This document shows, one piece after another, positions 1 through 11,418 of a stretch of DNA of 11,418 nucleotides (position 1 is the first letter of the stretch; the number at the start of each line of letters is the position of its first letter). The notes beneath the pieces are model-generated. The model searched no databases, was not told where the DNA came from, and saw nothing but the letters and a program-made list of their open reading frames with translations. The translations under genes were made by a program, and so were the position numbers. Source of the DNA: a virus (lineage: Duplodnaviria; Heunggongvirae; Uroviricota; Caudoviricetes); the IMG/VR virus record IMGVR_UViG_2537561605_000006; one strand, given 5' to 3'.

Positions 1-3634
<3,634 letters not shown>

Positions 3635-3654
<20 letters not shown>

Positions 3655-4954
3655 TCTCCCGCATATTGCCAGCATGGCTTTTAATGAGCCGCTGATGCTT
3701 GAACCCGCCTATGCGCGGGTTTTCTTTTGTGCGCTTGCAGGCCAGCTTGGGATCAGCCGCCTGACGGATGCAGTATCCGGCGACAGCCTGACTGCCGGAG
3801 AGGCACCCGCGGCGCTGGCGTTATCCGGTGATGATGACGGACCACGACAGGCCCGGAGTTATCAGGTCATGAACGGCATCGCCGTGCTGCCGGTGTCCGG
3901 TACGCTGGTCAGCCGGACGCGGGCGCTGCAGCCGTATTCGGGAATGACCGGTTACAACGGCATTATCGCCCGTCTGCAACAGGCTGCCAGCGATCCGATG
4001 GTGGACGGCATTCTGCTCGATATGGACACACCGGGCGGGATGGTGGCGGGAGCATTTGACTGTGCTGACATCATCGCCCGTGTGCGAGACATAAAACCGG
4101 TATGGGCGCTGGCCAACGACATGAACTGCAGTGCAGGTCAGCTGCTTGCCAGCGCCGCCTCCCGGCGTCTGGTCACGCAGACCGCCCGGACAGGCTCCAT
4201 CGGCGTCATGATGGCTCACAGTAATTACGGTGCTGCCCTGGAGAAACAGGGCGTGGAAATCACGCTGATTTACAGCGGCAGCCATAAGGTGGATGGCAAC
4301 CCCTACAGCCATCTACCGGGTGATGTCCGGGAAACACTGCAGTCCCGGATGGATGCAACCCGCCGGATGTTTGCGCAGAAGGTGTCGGCATATACCGGCC
4401 TGTCCGTGCAGGCTGTGCTGGATACCGAGGCTGCAGTGTACAGCGGTCAGGAGGCCATTGATGCCGGACTGGCTGATGAACTTGTCAACAGCACCGATGC
4501 GATCACCGTTATGCGTGATGCACTGGATGCACGTAAATCCCGTCTCTCAGGAGGGCGAATGACCAAAGAGACTCAATCAACAACTGTTTCAGCCACTGCT
4601 TCGCAGGCTGACGTTACTGGCGTGGTGCCAGCGACGGAGGGCGAAAACGCCAGCGCGGCGCAGCCGGACGTGAACGCGCAGATCACCGCTGCGGTTGCGG
4701 CAGAAAACAGCCGCATTATGGGGATCCTCAACTGTGAGGAGGCTCACGGACGCGAAGAACAGGCCCGCGTGCTGGCAGAAACCCCCGGTATGACCGTGGA
4801 AACGGCCCGCCGCATTCTGGCCGCAGCACCACAGAGTGCACAGGCGCGCAGTGATACTGCGCTGGATCGTCTGATGCAGGGGGCACCGGCACCGCTGGCT
4901 GCAGGTAACCCGGCATCTGATGCCGTTAACGATTTGCTGAACACACCAGTGTAA
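3635..4954 (+). CDS. C: Head maturation protease / scaffold gpC (S49 ClpP-like serine peptidase family)
   Basis: Same frame as track ORF 3500..4954, but start placed at GTG 3635 (strong SD; 20-bp overlap with the B 3' end as in lambda). Gives 1320 bp, equal to lambda C. Translation VTAELRNLPHIASMAFNEPLMLEP... matches gpC. Confidence 0.9.
4349..4954 (+). CDS. nu3: Scaffolding protein Nu3, in-frame internal start within C sharing the C stop
   Basis: In-frame ATG at 4349 (MDATRRMFAQKVSAYTGLSV...) at the position expected from the lambda C/Nu3 nested arrangement; 606 bp to the shared stop at 4952-4954. Internal initiation cannot be proven from sequence alone. Confidence 0.78.
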   Translation: MDATRRMFAQKVSAYTGLSVQAVLDTEAAVYSGQEAIDAGLADELVNSTDAITVMRDALDARKSRLSGGRMTKETQSTTVSATASQADVTGVVPATEGENASAAQPDVNAQITAAVAAENSRIMGILNCEEAHGREEQARVLAETPGMTVETARRILAAAPQSAQARSDTALDRLMQGAPAPLAAGNPASDAVNDLLNTPV

Positions 4955-4963
4955 GGGATGTTT

Positions 4964-5296
4964 ATGACGAGCAAAGAAACCTTTACCCATTACCAGCCGC
5001 TGGGCAACAGTGACCCGGCTCATACCGCAACCGCGCCCGGCGGATTGAGTGCGAAAGCGCCTGCAATGACCCCGCTGATGCTGGACACCTCCAGCCGTAA
5101 GCTGGTTGCGTGGGATGGCACCACCGACGGTGCTGCCGTTGGCATTCTTGCGGTTGCTGCTGACCAGACCAGCACCACGCTGACGTTCTACAAGTCCGGC
5201 ACGTTCCGTTATGAGGATGTGCTCTGGCCGGAGGCTGCCAGCGACGAGACGAAAAAACGGACCGCGTTTGCCGGAACGGCAATCAGCATCGTTTAA
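4964..5296 (+). CDS. D: Head decoration protein gpD
   Basis: [27 protein letters not shown]...AGTAISIV matches lambda gpD (110 aa). ATG 4964 is preferred over the track's ATG 4958, which sits immediately after AGGG with no spacer whereas 4964 has about 6 nt of spacing. Confidence 0.92.
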   Translation: MTSKETFTHYQPLGNSDPAHTATAPGGLSAKAPAMTPLMLDTSSRKLVAWDGTTDGAAVGILAVAADQTSTTLTFYKSGTFRYEDVLWPEAASDETKKRTAFAGTAISIV

Positions 5297-5313
5297 CCTG
5301 ACCCTTCATCACT

Positions 5314-5337
5314 AAAGGCCGCCTGTGCGGCTTTTTT
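5314..5337 (+). terminator. Intrinsic-terminator-like hairpin in the D-E spacer (GCCGC-CTGT-GCGGC stem-loop followed by TTTTTT)
   Basis: Seen directly: 5-bp GC stem 5318-5322/5327-5331, extendable by A-U/G-U pairs with the flanking AAAG and T-run, and six T at 5332-5337. Function (terminator, attenuator or mRNA-stability element) is inferred. Confidence 0.45.
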
Positions 5338-5350
5338 ACGGGATTTTTTT

Positions 5351-6376
5351 ATGTCGATGTACACAACCGCCCAACTGCTGGCGGCAAATGAGCAGAAATT
5401 TAAGTTTGATCCGCTGTTTCTGCGTCTCTTTTTCCGTGAGAGCTATCCCTTCACCACGGAGAAAGTCTATCTCTCACAAATTCCGGGACTGGTAAACATG
5501 GCGCTGTACGTTTCGCCGATTGTTTCTGGTGAGGTTATCCGTTCCCGTGGCGGCTCCACCTCTGAATTTACGCCGGGATATGTCAAGCCGAAGCATGAAG
5601 TGAATCCGCAGATGCCCCTGCGTCGCCTGCCGGATGAAGATCCGCAGAATCTGGCGGACCCGGCTTACCGCCGCCGTCGCATCATCATGCAGAACATGCG
5701 TGACGAAGAGCTGGCCATTGCTCAGGTCGAAGAGATGCAGGCAGTTTCTGCCGTGCTCAAGGGCAAATACACCATGACCGGTGAAGCCTTCGATCCGGTT
5801 GAGGTGGATATGGGCCGCAGTGCGGCGAACAACATCACGCAGTCCGGCGGCACGGAGTGGAGCAAGCGTGACAAGTCCACGTATGACCCGACCGACGATA
5901 TCGAAGCCTACGCGCTGAACGCCAGCGGCGTGGTGAATATCATCGTGTTTGACCCGAAAGGCTGGGCGCTGTTCCGTTCCTTCAAAGCCGTCAGGGAGAA
6001 GCTGGATACCCGTCGCGGCTCTCATTCCGAACTGGAGACAGCGGTAAAAGACCTGGGCAAAGCGGTGTCTTATAAGGGAATGTATGGCGATGTGGCCATC
6101 GTCGTGTATTCCGGACAGTACGTGGAAAACGGCGTCAAAAAGAACTTCCTGCCGGACAACACGATGGTGCTGGGGAACACTCAGGCACGCGGTCTGCGCA
6201 CCTATGGCTGCATTCAGGATGCGGACGCACAGCGCGAAGGCATTAACGCCTCTGCCCGTTACCCGAAAAACTGGGTGACCACCGGCGATCCGGCGCGTGA
6301 GTTCACCATGATTCAGTCAGCACCGCTGATGCTGCTGGCTGACCCTGATGAGTTCGTGTCCGTACAACTGGCGTAA
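5351..6376 (+). CDS. E: Major capsid protein gpE
   Basis: 341-aa ORF MSMYTTAQLLAANEQKFKFDPLFLRLFFRESYPFTTEKVY...FVSVQLA matches lambda gpE in sequence and length. Confidence 0.96.
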   Translation: MSMYTTAQLLAANEQKFKFDPLFLRLFFRESYPFTTEKVYLSQIPGLVNMALYVSPIVSGEVIRSRGGSTSEFTPGYVKPKHEVNPQMPLRRLPDEDPQNLADPAYRRRRIIMQNMRDEELAIAQVEEMQAVSAVLKGKYTMTGEAFDPVEVDMGRSAANNITQSGGTEWSKRDKSTYDPTDDIEAYALNASGVVNIIVFDPKGWALFRSFKAVREKLDTRRGSHSELETAVKDLGKAVSYKGMYGDVAIVVYSGQYVENGVKKNFLPDNTMVLGNTQARGLRTYGCIQDADAQREGINASARYPKNWVTTGDPAREFTMIQSAPLMLLADPDEFVSVQLA

Positions 6377-6378
6377 TC

Positions 6379-6403
6379 ATGGCCCTTCGGGGCCATTGTT
6401 TTT
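6379..6403 (+). terminator. Hairpin with UUCG tetraloop plus T-run immediately after E (ATGGCCC-TTCG-GGGCCAT then TGTTTTT)
   Basis: Seen directly: perfect 7-bp stem 6379-6385/6390-6396 with a TTCG loop, followed by TGTTTTT at 6397-6403; begins 3 nt after the E stop codon. Function inferred. Confidence 0.45.
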
Positions 6404-6417
6404 CTGTGGAGGAGTCC

Positions 6418-6816
6418 ATGACGAAAGATGAACTGATTGCCCGTCTCCGCTCGCTGGGTGAACAACTGAACCGTGATGTCAGCCTGACGGGGACGAAAGA
6501 AGAACTGGCGCTCCGTGTGGCAGAGCTGGAAGAGGAGCTTGATGACACGGATGAAACTGCCGGTCAGGACACCCCTCTCAGCCGGGAAAATGTGCTGACC
6601 GGACATGAAAATGAGGTGGGATCAGCGCAGCCGGATACCGTGATTCTGGATACGTCTGAACTGGTCACGGTCGTGGCACTGGTGAAGCTGCATACTGATG
6701 CACTTCACGTCACGCGGGATGAACCTGTGGCATTTGTGCTGCCGGGAACGGCGTTTCGTGTCTCTGCCGGTGTGGCAGCCGAAATGACAGAGCGCGGCCT
6801 GGCCAGAATGCAATAA
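6418..6816 (+). CDS. FI: DNA packaging / head assembly protein gpFI
   Basis: MTKDELIARLRSLGEQLNRDVSLTGTKEELALRVAELEEELDD...ERGLARMQ matches lambda gpFI (132 aa). ATG 6418 is preceded by GGAGG at 6408-6412. The track's upstream start at 6379 would overlap the hairpin and is rejected. Confidence 0.9.
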   Translation: MTKDELIARLRSLGEQLNRDVSLTGTKEELALRVAELEEELDDTDETAGQDTPLSRENVLTGHENEVGSAQPDTVILDTSELVTVVALVKLHTDALHVTRDEPVAFVLPGTAFRVSAGVAAEMTERGLARMQ

Positions 6817-6827
6817 CGGGAGGCGCT

Positions 6828-7181
6828 GTGGCTGATTTCGATAACCTGTTCGATGCTGCCATTGCCCGCGCCGATGAAACGATACGCGGGTACATGGGAA
6901 CGTCAGCCACCATGACATCCGGTGAGCAGTCCGGCGCAGTAATACGTGGTGTTTTTGATGACCCTGAAAATATCAGCTATGCCGGACAGGGCGTGCGTGT
7001 TGAAGGCTCCAGCCCGTCCCTGTTTGTCCGGACTGATGATGTGCGGCAACTGCGGCGTGGAGACACGCTGACCATCGGTGAGGAAAACTTCTGGATAGAC
7101 CGGATTTCGACGGATGATGGCGGAAGCTGTCATCTCTGGCTTGGGCGGGGCGTACCGCCTGCCGTTAACCGTCGTCGCTGA
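6828..7181 (+). CDS. FII: Head-tail connector protein gpFII
   Basis: 117-aa ORF starting at GTG 6828 (MADFDNLFDAAIARADETIRGYMG...), preceded by GGGAGG at 6818-6823; length and sequence match lambda gpFII. Confidence 0.9.
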   Translation: MADFDNLFDAAIARADETIRGYMGTSATMTSGEQSGAVIRGVFDDPENISYAGQGVRVEGSSPSLFVRTDDVRQLRRGDTLTIGEENFWIDRISTDDGGSCHLWLGRGVPPAVNRRR

Positions 7182-7192
7182 AGGGGGGATGT

Positions 7193-7771
7193 ATGGCCAT
7201 AAAAGGTCTTGAGCAGGCCGTTGAAAACCTCAGTCGTATCAGCAAAACGGCGGTGCCTGGTGCGTCAGCAATGGCCATTAACCGCGTTGCTTCATCCGCG
7301 ATATCGCAGTCGGCGTCACAGGTTGCCCGTGAGACAAGGGTACGCCGGAAACTGGTAAAGGAAAGGGCCAGGCTGAAAAGGGCCACGGTTAAAAATCCGC
7401 AGGCCAGAATCAAGGTTAACCGGGGGGATTTGCCCGTAATCAAGCTGGGTAACGCGCGGGTTGTCCTGTCCCGACGCAGGCGTCGTAAAAAGGGGCAGCG
7501 TTCATCCCTGAAAGGTGGCGGCAGCGTGCTTGTGGTGGGAAACCGTCGTATTCCCGGCGCGTTTATTCAGCAACTGAAAAATGGCCGGTGGCATGTCATG
7601 CAGCGTGTGGCCGGGAAAAACCGTTACCCCATTGATGTGGTGAAAATCCCGATGGCGGTGCCGCTGACCACGGCGTTTAAACAGAATATTGAGCGGATAC
7701 GGCGTGAACGTCTTCCGAAAGAGCTGGGCTATGCGCTGCAGCATCAACTGAGAATGGTAATAAAGCGATGA
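7193..7771 (+). CDS. Z: Tail assembly / tail completion protein gpZ
   Basis: 192-aa ORF MAIKGLEQAVENLSRISKTAVPGASAMAINRVASS... matches lambda gpZ. The 3' end overlaps the U start (ATGA at 7768-7771). Confidence 0.9.
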   Translation: MAIKGLEQAVENLSRISKTAVPGASAMAINRVASSAISQSASQVARETRVRRKLVKERARLKRATVKNPQARIKVNRGDLPVIKLGNARVVLSRRRRRKKGQRSSLKGGGSVLVVGNRRIPGAFIQQLKNGRWHVMQRVAGKNRYPIDVVKIPMAVPLTTAFKQNIERIRRERLPKELGYALQHQLRMVIKR

Positions 7772-8163
7772 AACATACTGAACTCCGTGCAGCCGTACTG
7801 GATGCACTGGAGAAGCATGACACCGGGGCGACGTTTTTTGATGGTCGCCCCGCTGTTTTTGATGAGGCGGATTTTCCGGCAGTTGCCGTTTATCTCACCG
7901 GCGCTGAATACACGGGCGAAGAGCTGGACAGCGATACCTGGCAGGCGGAGCTGCATATCGAAGTTTTCCTGCCTGCTCAGGTGCCGGATTCAGAGCTGGA
8001 TGCGTGGATGGAGTCCCGGATTTATCCGGTGATGAGCGATATCCCGGCACTATCAGATTTGATCACCAGTATGGTGGCCAGTGGCTATGACTACCGGCGC
8101 GACGATGATGCGGGCCTGTGGAGTTCAGCCGATCTGACTTATGTCATTACCTATGAAATGTGA
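7768..8163 (+). CDS. U: Tail terminator protein gpU
   Basis: 131-aa [57 protein letters not shown]... matches lambda gpU. Confidence 0.92.
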   Translation: MKHTELRAAVLDALEKHDTGATFFDGRPAVFDEADFPAVAVYLTGAEYTGEELDSDTWQAELHIEVFLPAQVPDSELDAWMESRIYPVMSDIPALSDLITSMVASGYDYRRDDDAGLWSSADLTYVITYEM

Positions 8164-8170
8164 GGACGAT

Positions 8171-8911
8171 ATGCCAACACCAAATCCTCTGGCACCGGTG
8201 AAAGGGGCCGGGACCACACTGTGGGTTTATAACGGGAACGGCGACCCATATGCAAACCCGCTTTCAGACAATGACTGGTCGCGTCTGGCAAAGGTTAAAG
8301 ACCTGACGCCCGGCGAACTGACCGCTGAGTCCTATGACGACAGTTATCTCGATGATGAAGATGCGGACTGGGCCGCGACCGGACAGGGGCAGAAATCCGC
8401 TGGAGATACCAGCTTCACGCTGGCGTGGATGCCCGGAGAGCAGGGGCAGCAGGCGCTGCTGGCGTGGTTTAATGAAGGTGATACCCGTGCCTATAAAATC
8501 CGCTTCCCGAACGGCACGGTCGATGTGTTCCGCGGCTGGGTCAGCAGTATCGGTAAGGCGGTGACGGCGAAGGAAGTGATCACCCGCACGGTGAAAGTCA
8601 CCAACGTGGGACGTCCGTCGATGGCAGAAGATCGCAGCACGGTAACAGCGGCAACCGGCATGACCGTGACGCCTGCCAGCACCTCGGTGGTGAAAGGGCA
8701 GAGCACGACGCTGACCGTGGCATTCCAGCCGGAAGGCGCAACCGACAAGAGCTTCCGTGCGGTGTCTGCGGATAAAACAAAAGCCACCGTGTCGGTCAGT
8801 GGTATGACCATCACCGTGAAAGGTGTTGCTGCAGGCAAGGTCAACATTCCGGTCGTATCCGGTAATGGTGAGTTTGCTGCGGTTGCAGAAATCAACGTCA
8901 CCGCCAGTTAA
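8171..8911 (+). CDS. V: Major tail tube protein gpV, including the C-terminal Ig-like (Big_2-type) domain
   Basis: [20 protein letters not shown]...[14 protein letters not shown], 246 aa, the same length as lambda gpV. Start taken at ATG 8171 (GAGGA 4 nt upstream) rather than the track's in-frame ATG 8141, which lies inside U. Confidence 0.92.
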   Translation: MPTPNPLAPVKGAGTTLWVYNGNGDPYANPLSDNDWSRLAKVKDLTPGELTAESYDDSYLDDEDADWAATGQGQKSAGDTSFTLAWMPGEQGQQALLAWFNEGDTRAYKIRFPNGTVDVFRGWVSSIGKAVTAKEVITRTVKVTNVGRPSMAEDRSTVTAATGMTVTPASTSVVKGQSTTLTVAFQPEGATDKSFRAVSADKTKATVSVSGMTITVKGVAAGKVNIPVVSGNGEFAAVAEINVTAS

Positions 8912-8926
8912 TCCGGAGAATCAGCG

Positions 8927-9349
8927 ATGTTCCTGAAAACCGAATCATTTGAACATAACGGCGTGACCGTCACGCTTTCTGAACTGTCAGCCCTGCAGCG
9001 TATTGAGCATCTCGCCCTGATGAAACGGCAGGCAGAACAGGCGGAGTCAGACAGCAACCGGAAGTTTACTGTGGAAGACGCCATCAGAACCGGCGCTTTT
9101 GTGGTGGCGATGTCCCTGTGGCATAACCATCCGAAGAAGACGCAGATGCCGTCCATGAATGAAGCCGTTAAACAGATTGAGCAGGAAGTGCTTACCACCT
9201 GGCCCGCGGAGGCAATTTCTCATGCTGAAAACGTGGTGTACCGGCTGTCCGGTATGTATGAGTTTGTGGTGAATGATGCCCCTGAACAGGCAGAGGACGC
9301 CGGGCCTGCAGAGCCTGTTTCTGCGGGAAAGTGTTCGACGGTGAGCTGA
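8927..9349 (+). CDS. G: Tail assembly chaperone gpG
   Basis: 140-aa ORF MFLKTESFEHNGVTVTLSELSALQRIEHLALMKRQAEQAESD...SAGKCSTVS matches lambda gpG; contains the slippery heptamer near its 3' end. Confidence 0.92.
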   Translation: MFLKTESFEHNGVTVTLSELSALQRIEHLALMKRQAEQAESDSNRKFTVEDAIRTGAFVVAMSLWHNHPKKTQMPSMNEAVKQIEQEVLTTWPAEAISHAENVVYRLSGMYEFVVNDAPEQAEDAGPAEPVSAGKCSTVS

Positions 9350-9765
9350 GTTTTGCCCTGAAACTGGCGCGCGAGATGGGGCGACCCGACTGGCGTGCCA
9401 TGCTTGCCGGGATGTCATCCACGGAGTATGCCGACTGGCACCGCTTTTACAGTACCCATTATTTTCATGATGTTCTGCTGGATATGCACTTTTCCGGGCT
9501 GACGTACACCGTGCTCAGCCTGTTTTTCAGCGATCCGGATATGCATCCGCTGGATTTCAGTCTGCTGAACCGGCGTGAGGCTGACGAAGAGCCTGAAGAT
9601 GATGTGCTGATGCAGAAAGCGGCAGGGCTTGCTGGAGGCGTTCGTTTTGGCCCGGACGGGAATGAAGTTATCCCCGCTTCCCCGGATGTGGCGGACATGA
9701 CGGAGGATGACGTAATGCTGATGACAGTATCAGAAGGGATCGCAGGAGGAGTCCGGTATGGCTGA
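8927..9765 (+). CDS. T: Tail assembly chaperone gpGT, the G-T fusion made by -1 frameshifting at 9325-9331
   Basis: The -1 frame after the heptamer encodes ...VFDGELSFALKLAREMGRPDWRAMLAGMSSTEYADWHRFYSTHYFHDVLLD...GIAGGVRYG (track ORF 9331..9765), recognisable as the lambda T region. It ends 8 bp into H. Confidence 0.85.
9325..9331 (+). promoter_or_regulatory. Programmed -1 ribosomal frameshift slippery heptamer G GGA AAG (G to G-T)
   Basis: GGGAAAG at 9325-9331 is in the X XXY YYZ register of the G frame (codons GCG GGA AAG). The -1 frame is open from 9331 to the stop at 9763-9765. Same motif and position as the lambda G/T frameshift. Confidence 0.85.
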
Positions 9766-11290
9766 ACCGGTAGGCGATCTGGTCGTTGATTTAAGTCTGG
9801 ATGCGGCCAGATTTGACGAGCAGATGGCCAGAGTCAGGCGTCATTTTTCCGGTACGGAAAGTGATGCGAAAAAAACAGCGGCAGTCGTTGAACAGTCGAT
9901 GAGCCGGCAGGCGCTGGCTGCACAGAAAGCGGGAATTTCCGTCGGGCAGTATAAAGCCGCCATGCGTATGCTGCCTGCGCAGTTCACTGACGTGGCCACG
10001 CAGCTTGCAGGTGGGCAAAGTCCGTGGCTGATCCTGCTGCAACAGGGGGGGCAGGTGAAGGACTCCTTCGGCGGGATGATCCCCATGTTCCGGGGGCTTG
10101 CCGGTGCGATCACCCTGCCGATGGTGGGGGCCACCTCGCTGGCGGTGGCGACCGGTGCGCTGGCGTATGCCTGGTATCAGGGCAACTCAACCCTGTCCGA
10201 TTTCAACAAAACGCTGGTCCTTTCCGGCAATCAGGCCGGGCTGACGGCAGATCGTATGCTGGTCCTGTCCAGAGCCGGGCAGGCGGCAGGGCTGACGTTT
10301 AACCAGACCAGCGAGTCACTCAGCGCACTGGTTAAGGCGGGGGTAAGCGGTGAGGCTCAGATTGCGTCCATCAGCCAGAGTGTGGCGCGTTTCTCCTCTG
10401 CATCAGGCGTGGAGGTGGACAAGGTCGCTGAAGCCTTCGGGAAGCTGACCACTGACCCGACGTCGGGGCTGACAGCGATGGCGCGCCAGTTCCATAACGT
10501 GACGGCGGAGCAGATTGCGTATGTTGCTCAGTTGCAGCGTTCCGGCGAAGAAGCCGGGGCATTGCAGGCGGCGAACGAGGCCGCGACGAAAGGGTTTGAT
10601 GACCAGACCCGCCGCCTGAAAGAGAACATGGGCACGCTGGAAACCTGGGCAGACAGGACAGCACGGGCATTCAAATCCATGTGGGATGCGGTGCTGGATA
10701 TTGGTCGTCCTGATACCGCGCAGGAGATGCTGATTAAGGCAGAGGCCGCGTTTAAGAAAGCGGACGATATCTGGAATCTGCGCAAGGATGATTATTTTGT
10801 TAACGATGAAGCGCGGGCGCGTTACTGGGATGATCGTGAAAAGGCCCGTCTTGCGCTTGAAGCCGCCCGAAAGAAGGCTGAGCAGCAGAGTCAACAGGAC
10901 AAAAATGCGCAGCAACAGAGCGATACCGAAGCGTCACGGCTGAAATATACCGAAGAGGCGCAGAAGGCTTACGAACGCCTGCAGACGCCGCTGGAGAAAT
11001 ATACCGCCCGTCAGGAAGAACTGAATAAGGCACTGAAAGACGGGAAAATCCTGCAGGCAGATTACAACACGCTGATGGCGGCGGCGAAAAAGGACTATGA
11101 AGCGACGCTGAAAAAGCCGAAACAGTCCGGCGTGAAGGTGTCTGCGGGCGATCGTCAGGAAGACAGTGCTCATGCTGCCCTGCTGACGCTTCAGGCAGAA
11201 CTCCGGATGCTGGAGAAGCATGCCGGAGCGAATGAGAAAATCAGCCAGCAGCGCCGGGATTTGAACCGCCCCGGAAATCCTGGAGACTAA
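9758..11290 (+). CDS. H: Tail tape measure protein gpH, N-terminal ~502 codons only; disrupted by IS insertion at ~11262 (likely pseudogene in its current state). The final 8 codons (NRPGNPGD-stop) are read from IS sequence
   Basis: [39 protein letters not shown]... matches the lambda gpH N-terminus. ATG 9758 overlaps the T stop. Lambda gpH is about 853 aa; here H-derived sequence stops at ...[10 protein letters not shown], where the IS3-family inverted repeat begins. Confidence 0.85.
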   Translation: MAEPVGDLVVDLSLDAARFDEQMARVRRHFSGTESDAKKTAAVVEQSMSRQALAAQKAGISVGQYKAAMRMLPAQFTDVATQLAGGQSPWLILLQQGGQVKDSFGGMIPMFRGLAGAITLPMVGATSLAVATGALAYAWYQGNSTLSDFNKTLVLSGNQAGLTADRMLVLSRAGQAAGLTFNQTSESLSALVKAGVSGEAQIASISQSVARFSSASGVEVDKVAEAFGKLTTDPTSGLTAMARQFHNVTAEQIAYVAQLQRSGEEAGALQAANEAATKGFDDQTRRLKENMGTLETWADRTARAFKSMWDAVLDIGRPDTAQEMLIKAEAAFKKADDIWNLRKDDYFVNDEARARYWDDREKARLALEAARKKAEQQSQQDKNAQQQSDTEASRLKYTEEAQKAYERLQTPLEKYTARQEELNKALKDGKILQADYNTLMAAAKKDYEATLKKPKQSGVKVSAGDRQEDSAHAALLTLQAELRMLEKHAGANEKISQQRRDLNRPGNPGD

Positions 11291-11418
11291 ACTCCCTGAG
11301 AAAGAGGTAAACAGGATGACTAAAAATACTCGTTTTTCCCCCGAAGTCCGTCAGCGGGCGATTCGTATGGTTCTGGAAAGTCAGGATGAATATGACTCAC
11401 AGTGGGCGGCAATTTGTT
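11262..11418 (+). mobile_element. IS3-family insertion sequence, IS629/IS1203/IS3411-like, left end (IRL plus start of orfA); element continues beyond the window
   Basis: Sequence from 11262 (TGAACCGCCCCGGAAATCCTGGAGACTAAACTCCCTGAGAAAGAGGTAAACAGG ATG...) has the terminal TG and the organisation of an IS629-type left inverted repeat followed by orfA. H homology ends abruptly at this point. Junction position uncertain by about 2 bp. Confidence 0.8.
11316..11418 (+). CDS. IS3-family transposase OrfA (helix-turn-helix N-terminal part), 3'-partial at window edge
   Basis: ATG 11316 preceded by AAAGAGG (11301-11307); translation [34 protein letters not shown] is recognisably the N-terminus of IS629-group OrfA. 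Not in the ORF track because no stop lies within the window. Confidence 0.8.
   Translation, partial: MTKNTRFSPEVRQRAIRMVLESQDEYDSQWAAIC

Noticed and set aside
4958-4963. ATG at 4958 as the D start (MFM…)
   Set aside because: It directly abuts the AGGG motif with no spacer; ATG 4964 (MTSKE…) has proper spacing and matches the gpD N-terminus.
5474-6025. 183-aa minus-strand ORF antisense to E
   Set aside because: Entirely inside the major capsid gene on the opposite strand; no recognisable similarity; judged spurious.
6379-6417. ATG at 6379 as the FI start (MALRGHCFSVEES…)
   Set aside because: Would place the start codon inside the UUCG hairpin stem; the GGAGG-preceded ATG 6418 matches the gpFI N-terminus.
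8141-8170. ATG at 8141 as the V start ([10 protein letters not shown]…)
   Set aside because: Lies within the U coding region; homology to gpV begins at ATG 8171, which has a GAGGA motif upstream.
10403-10915. 170-aa minus-strand ORF antisense to H
   Set aside because: Inside the tape-measure coding region on the opposite strand; low-complexity translation; judged spurious.
10830-11250. Charged A/E/K/Q/R-rich low-complexity stretch in H as a possible separate repeat protein or domain acquisition
   Set aside because: Consistent with the coiled-coil middle region of tape-measure proteins; in frame and continuous with the H N-terminus.

Overview
This window is a lambda-type (lambdoid siphovirus) late morphogenesis operon, all on the + strand and collinear gene-for-gene with phage lambda: the 3' part of terminase large subunit A, then W, B (portal), C with nested Nu3, D, E (major capsid), FI, FII, Z, U, V (major tail tube), G and the G-T frameshift product, and the 5' part of tape-measure gene H. 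Gene lengths match lambda, and intergenic gaps are 54 bp or less, so there is no room for inserted cargo or morons. The one clear structural anomaly is at the 3' end: H is interrupted after about 502 codons by the left end of an IS3-family insertion sequence (IS629/IS1203/IS3411-like), whose inverted repeat and transposase orfA start run off the window. Other points of note are the intact GGGAAAG -1 frameshift site, two strong hairpins bracketing E, and uneven amino-acid divergence from lambda (from memory, not searched). I found no evidence of a previously undescribed system: no CRISPR array, tRNA/rRNA, or defence-like cargo. Minus-strand ORFs in the track all lie antisense to conserved structural genes and are judged spurious. 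All homology statements rest on recognising the translated proteins from memory; no database search was run.
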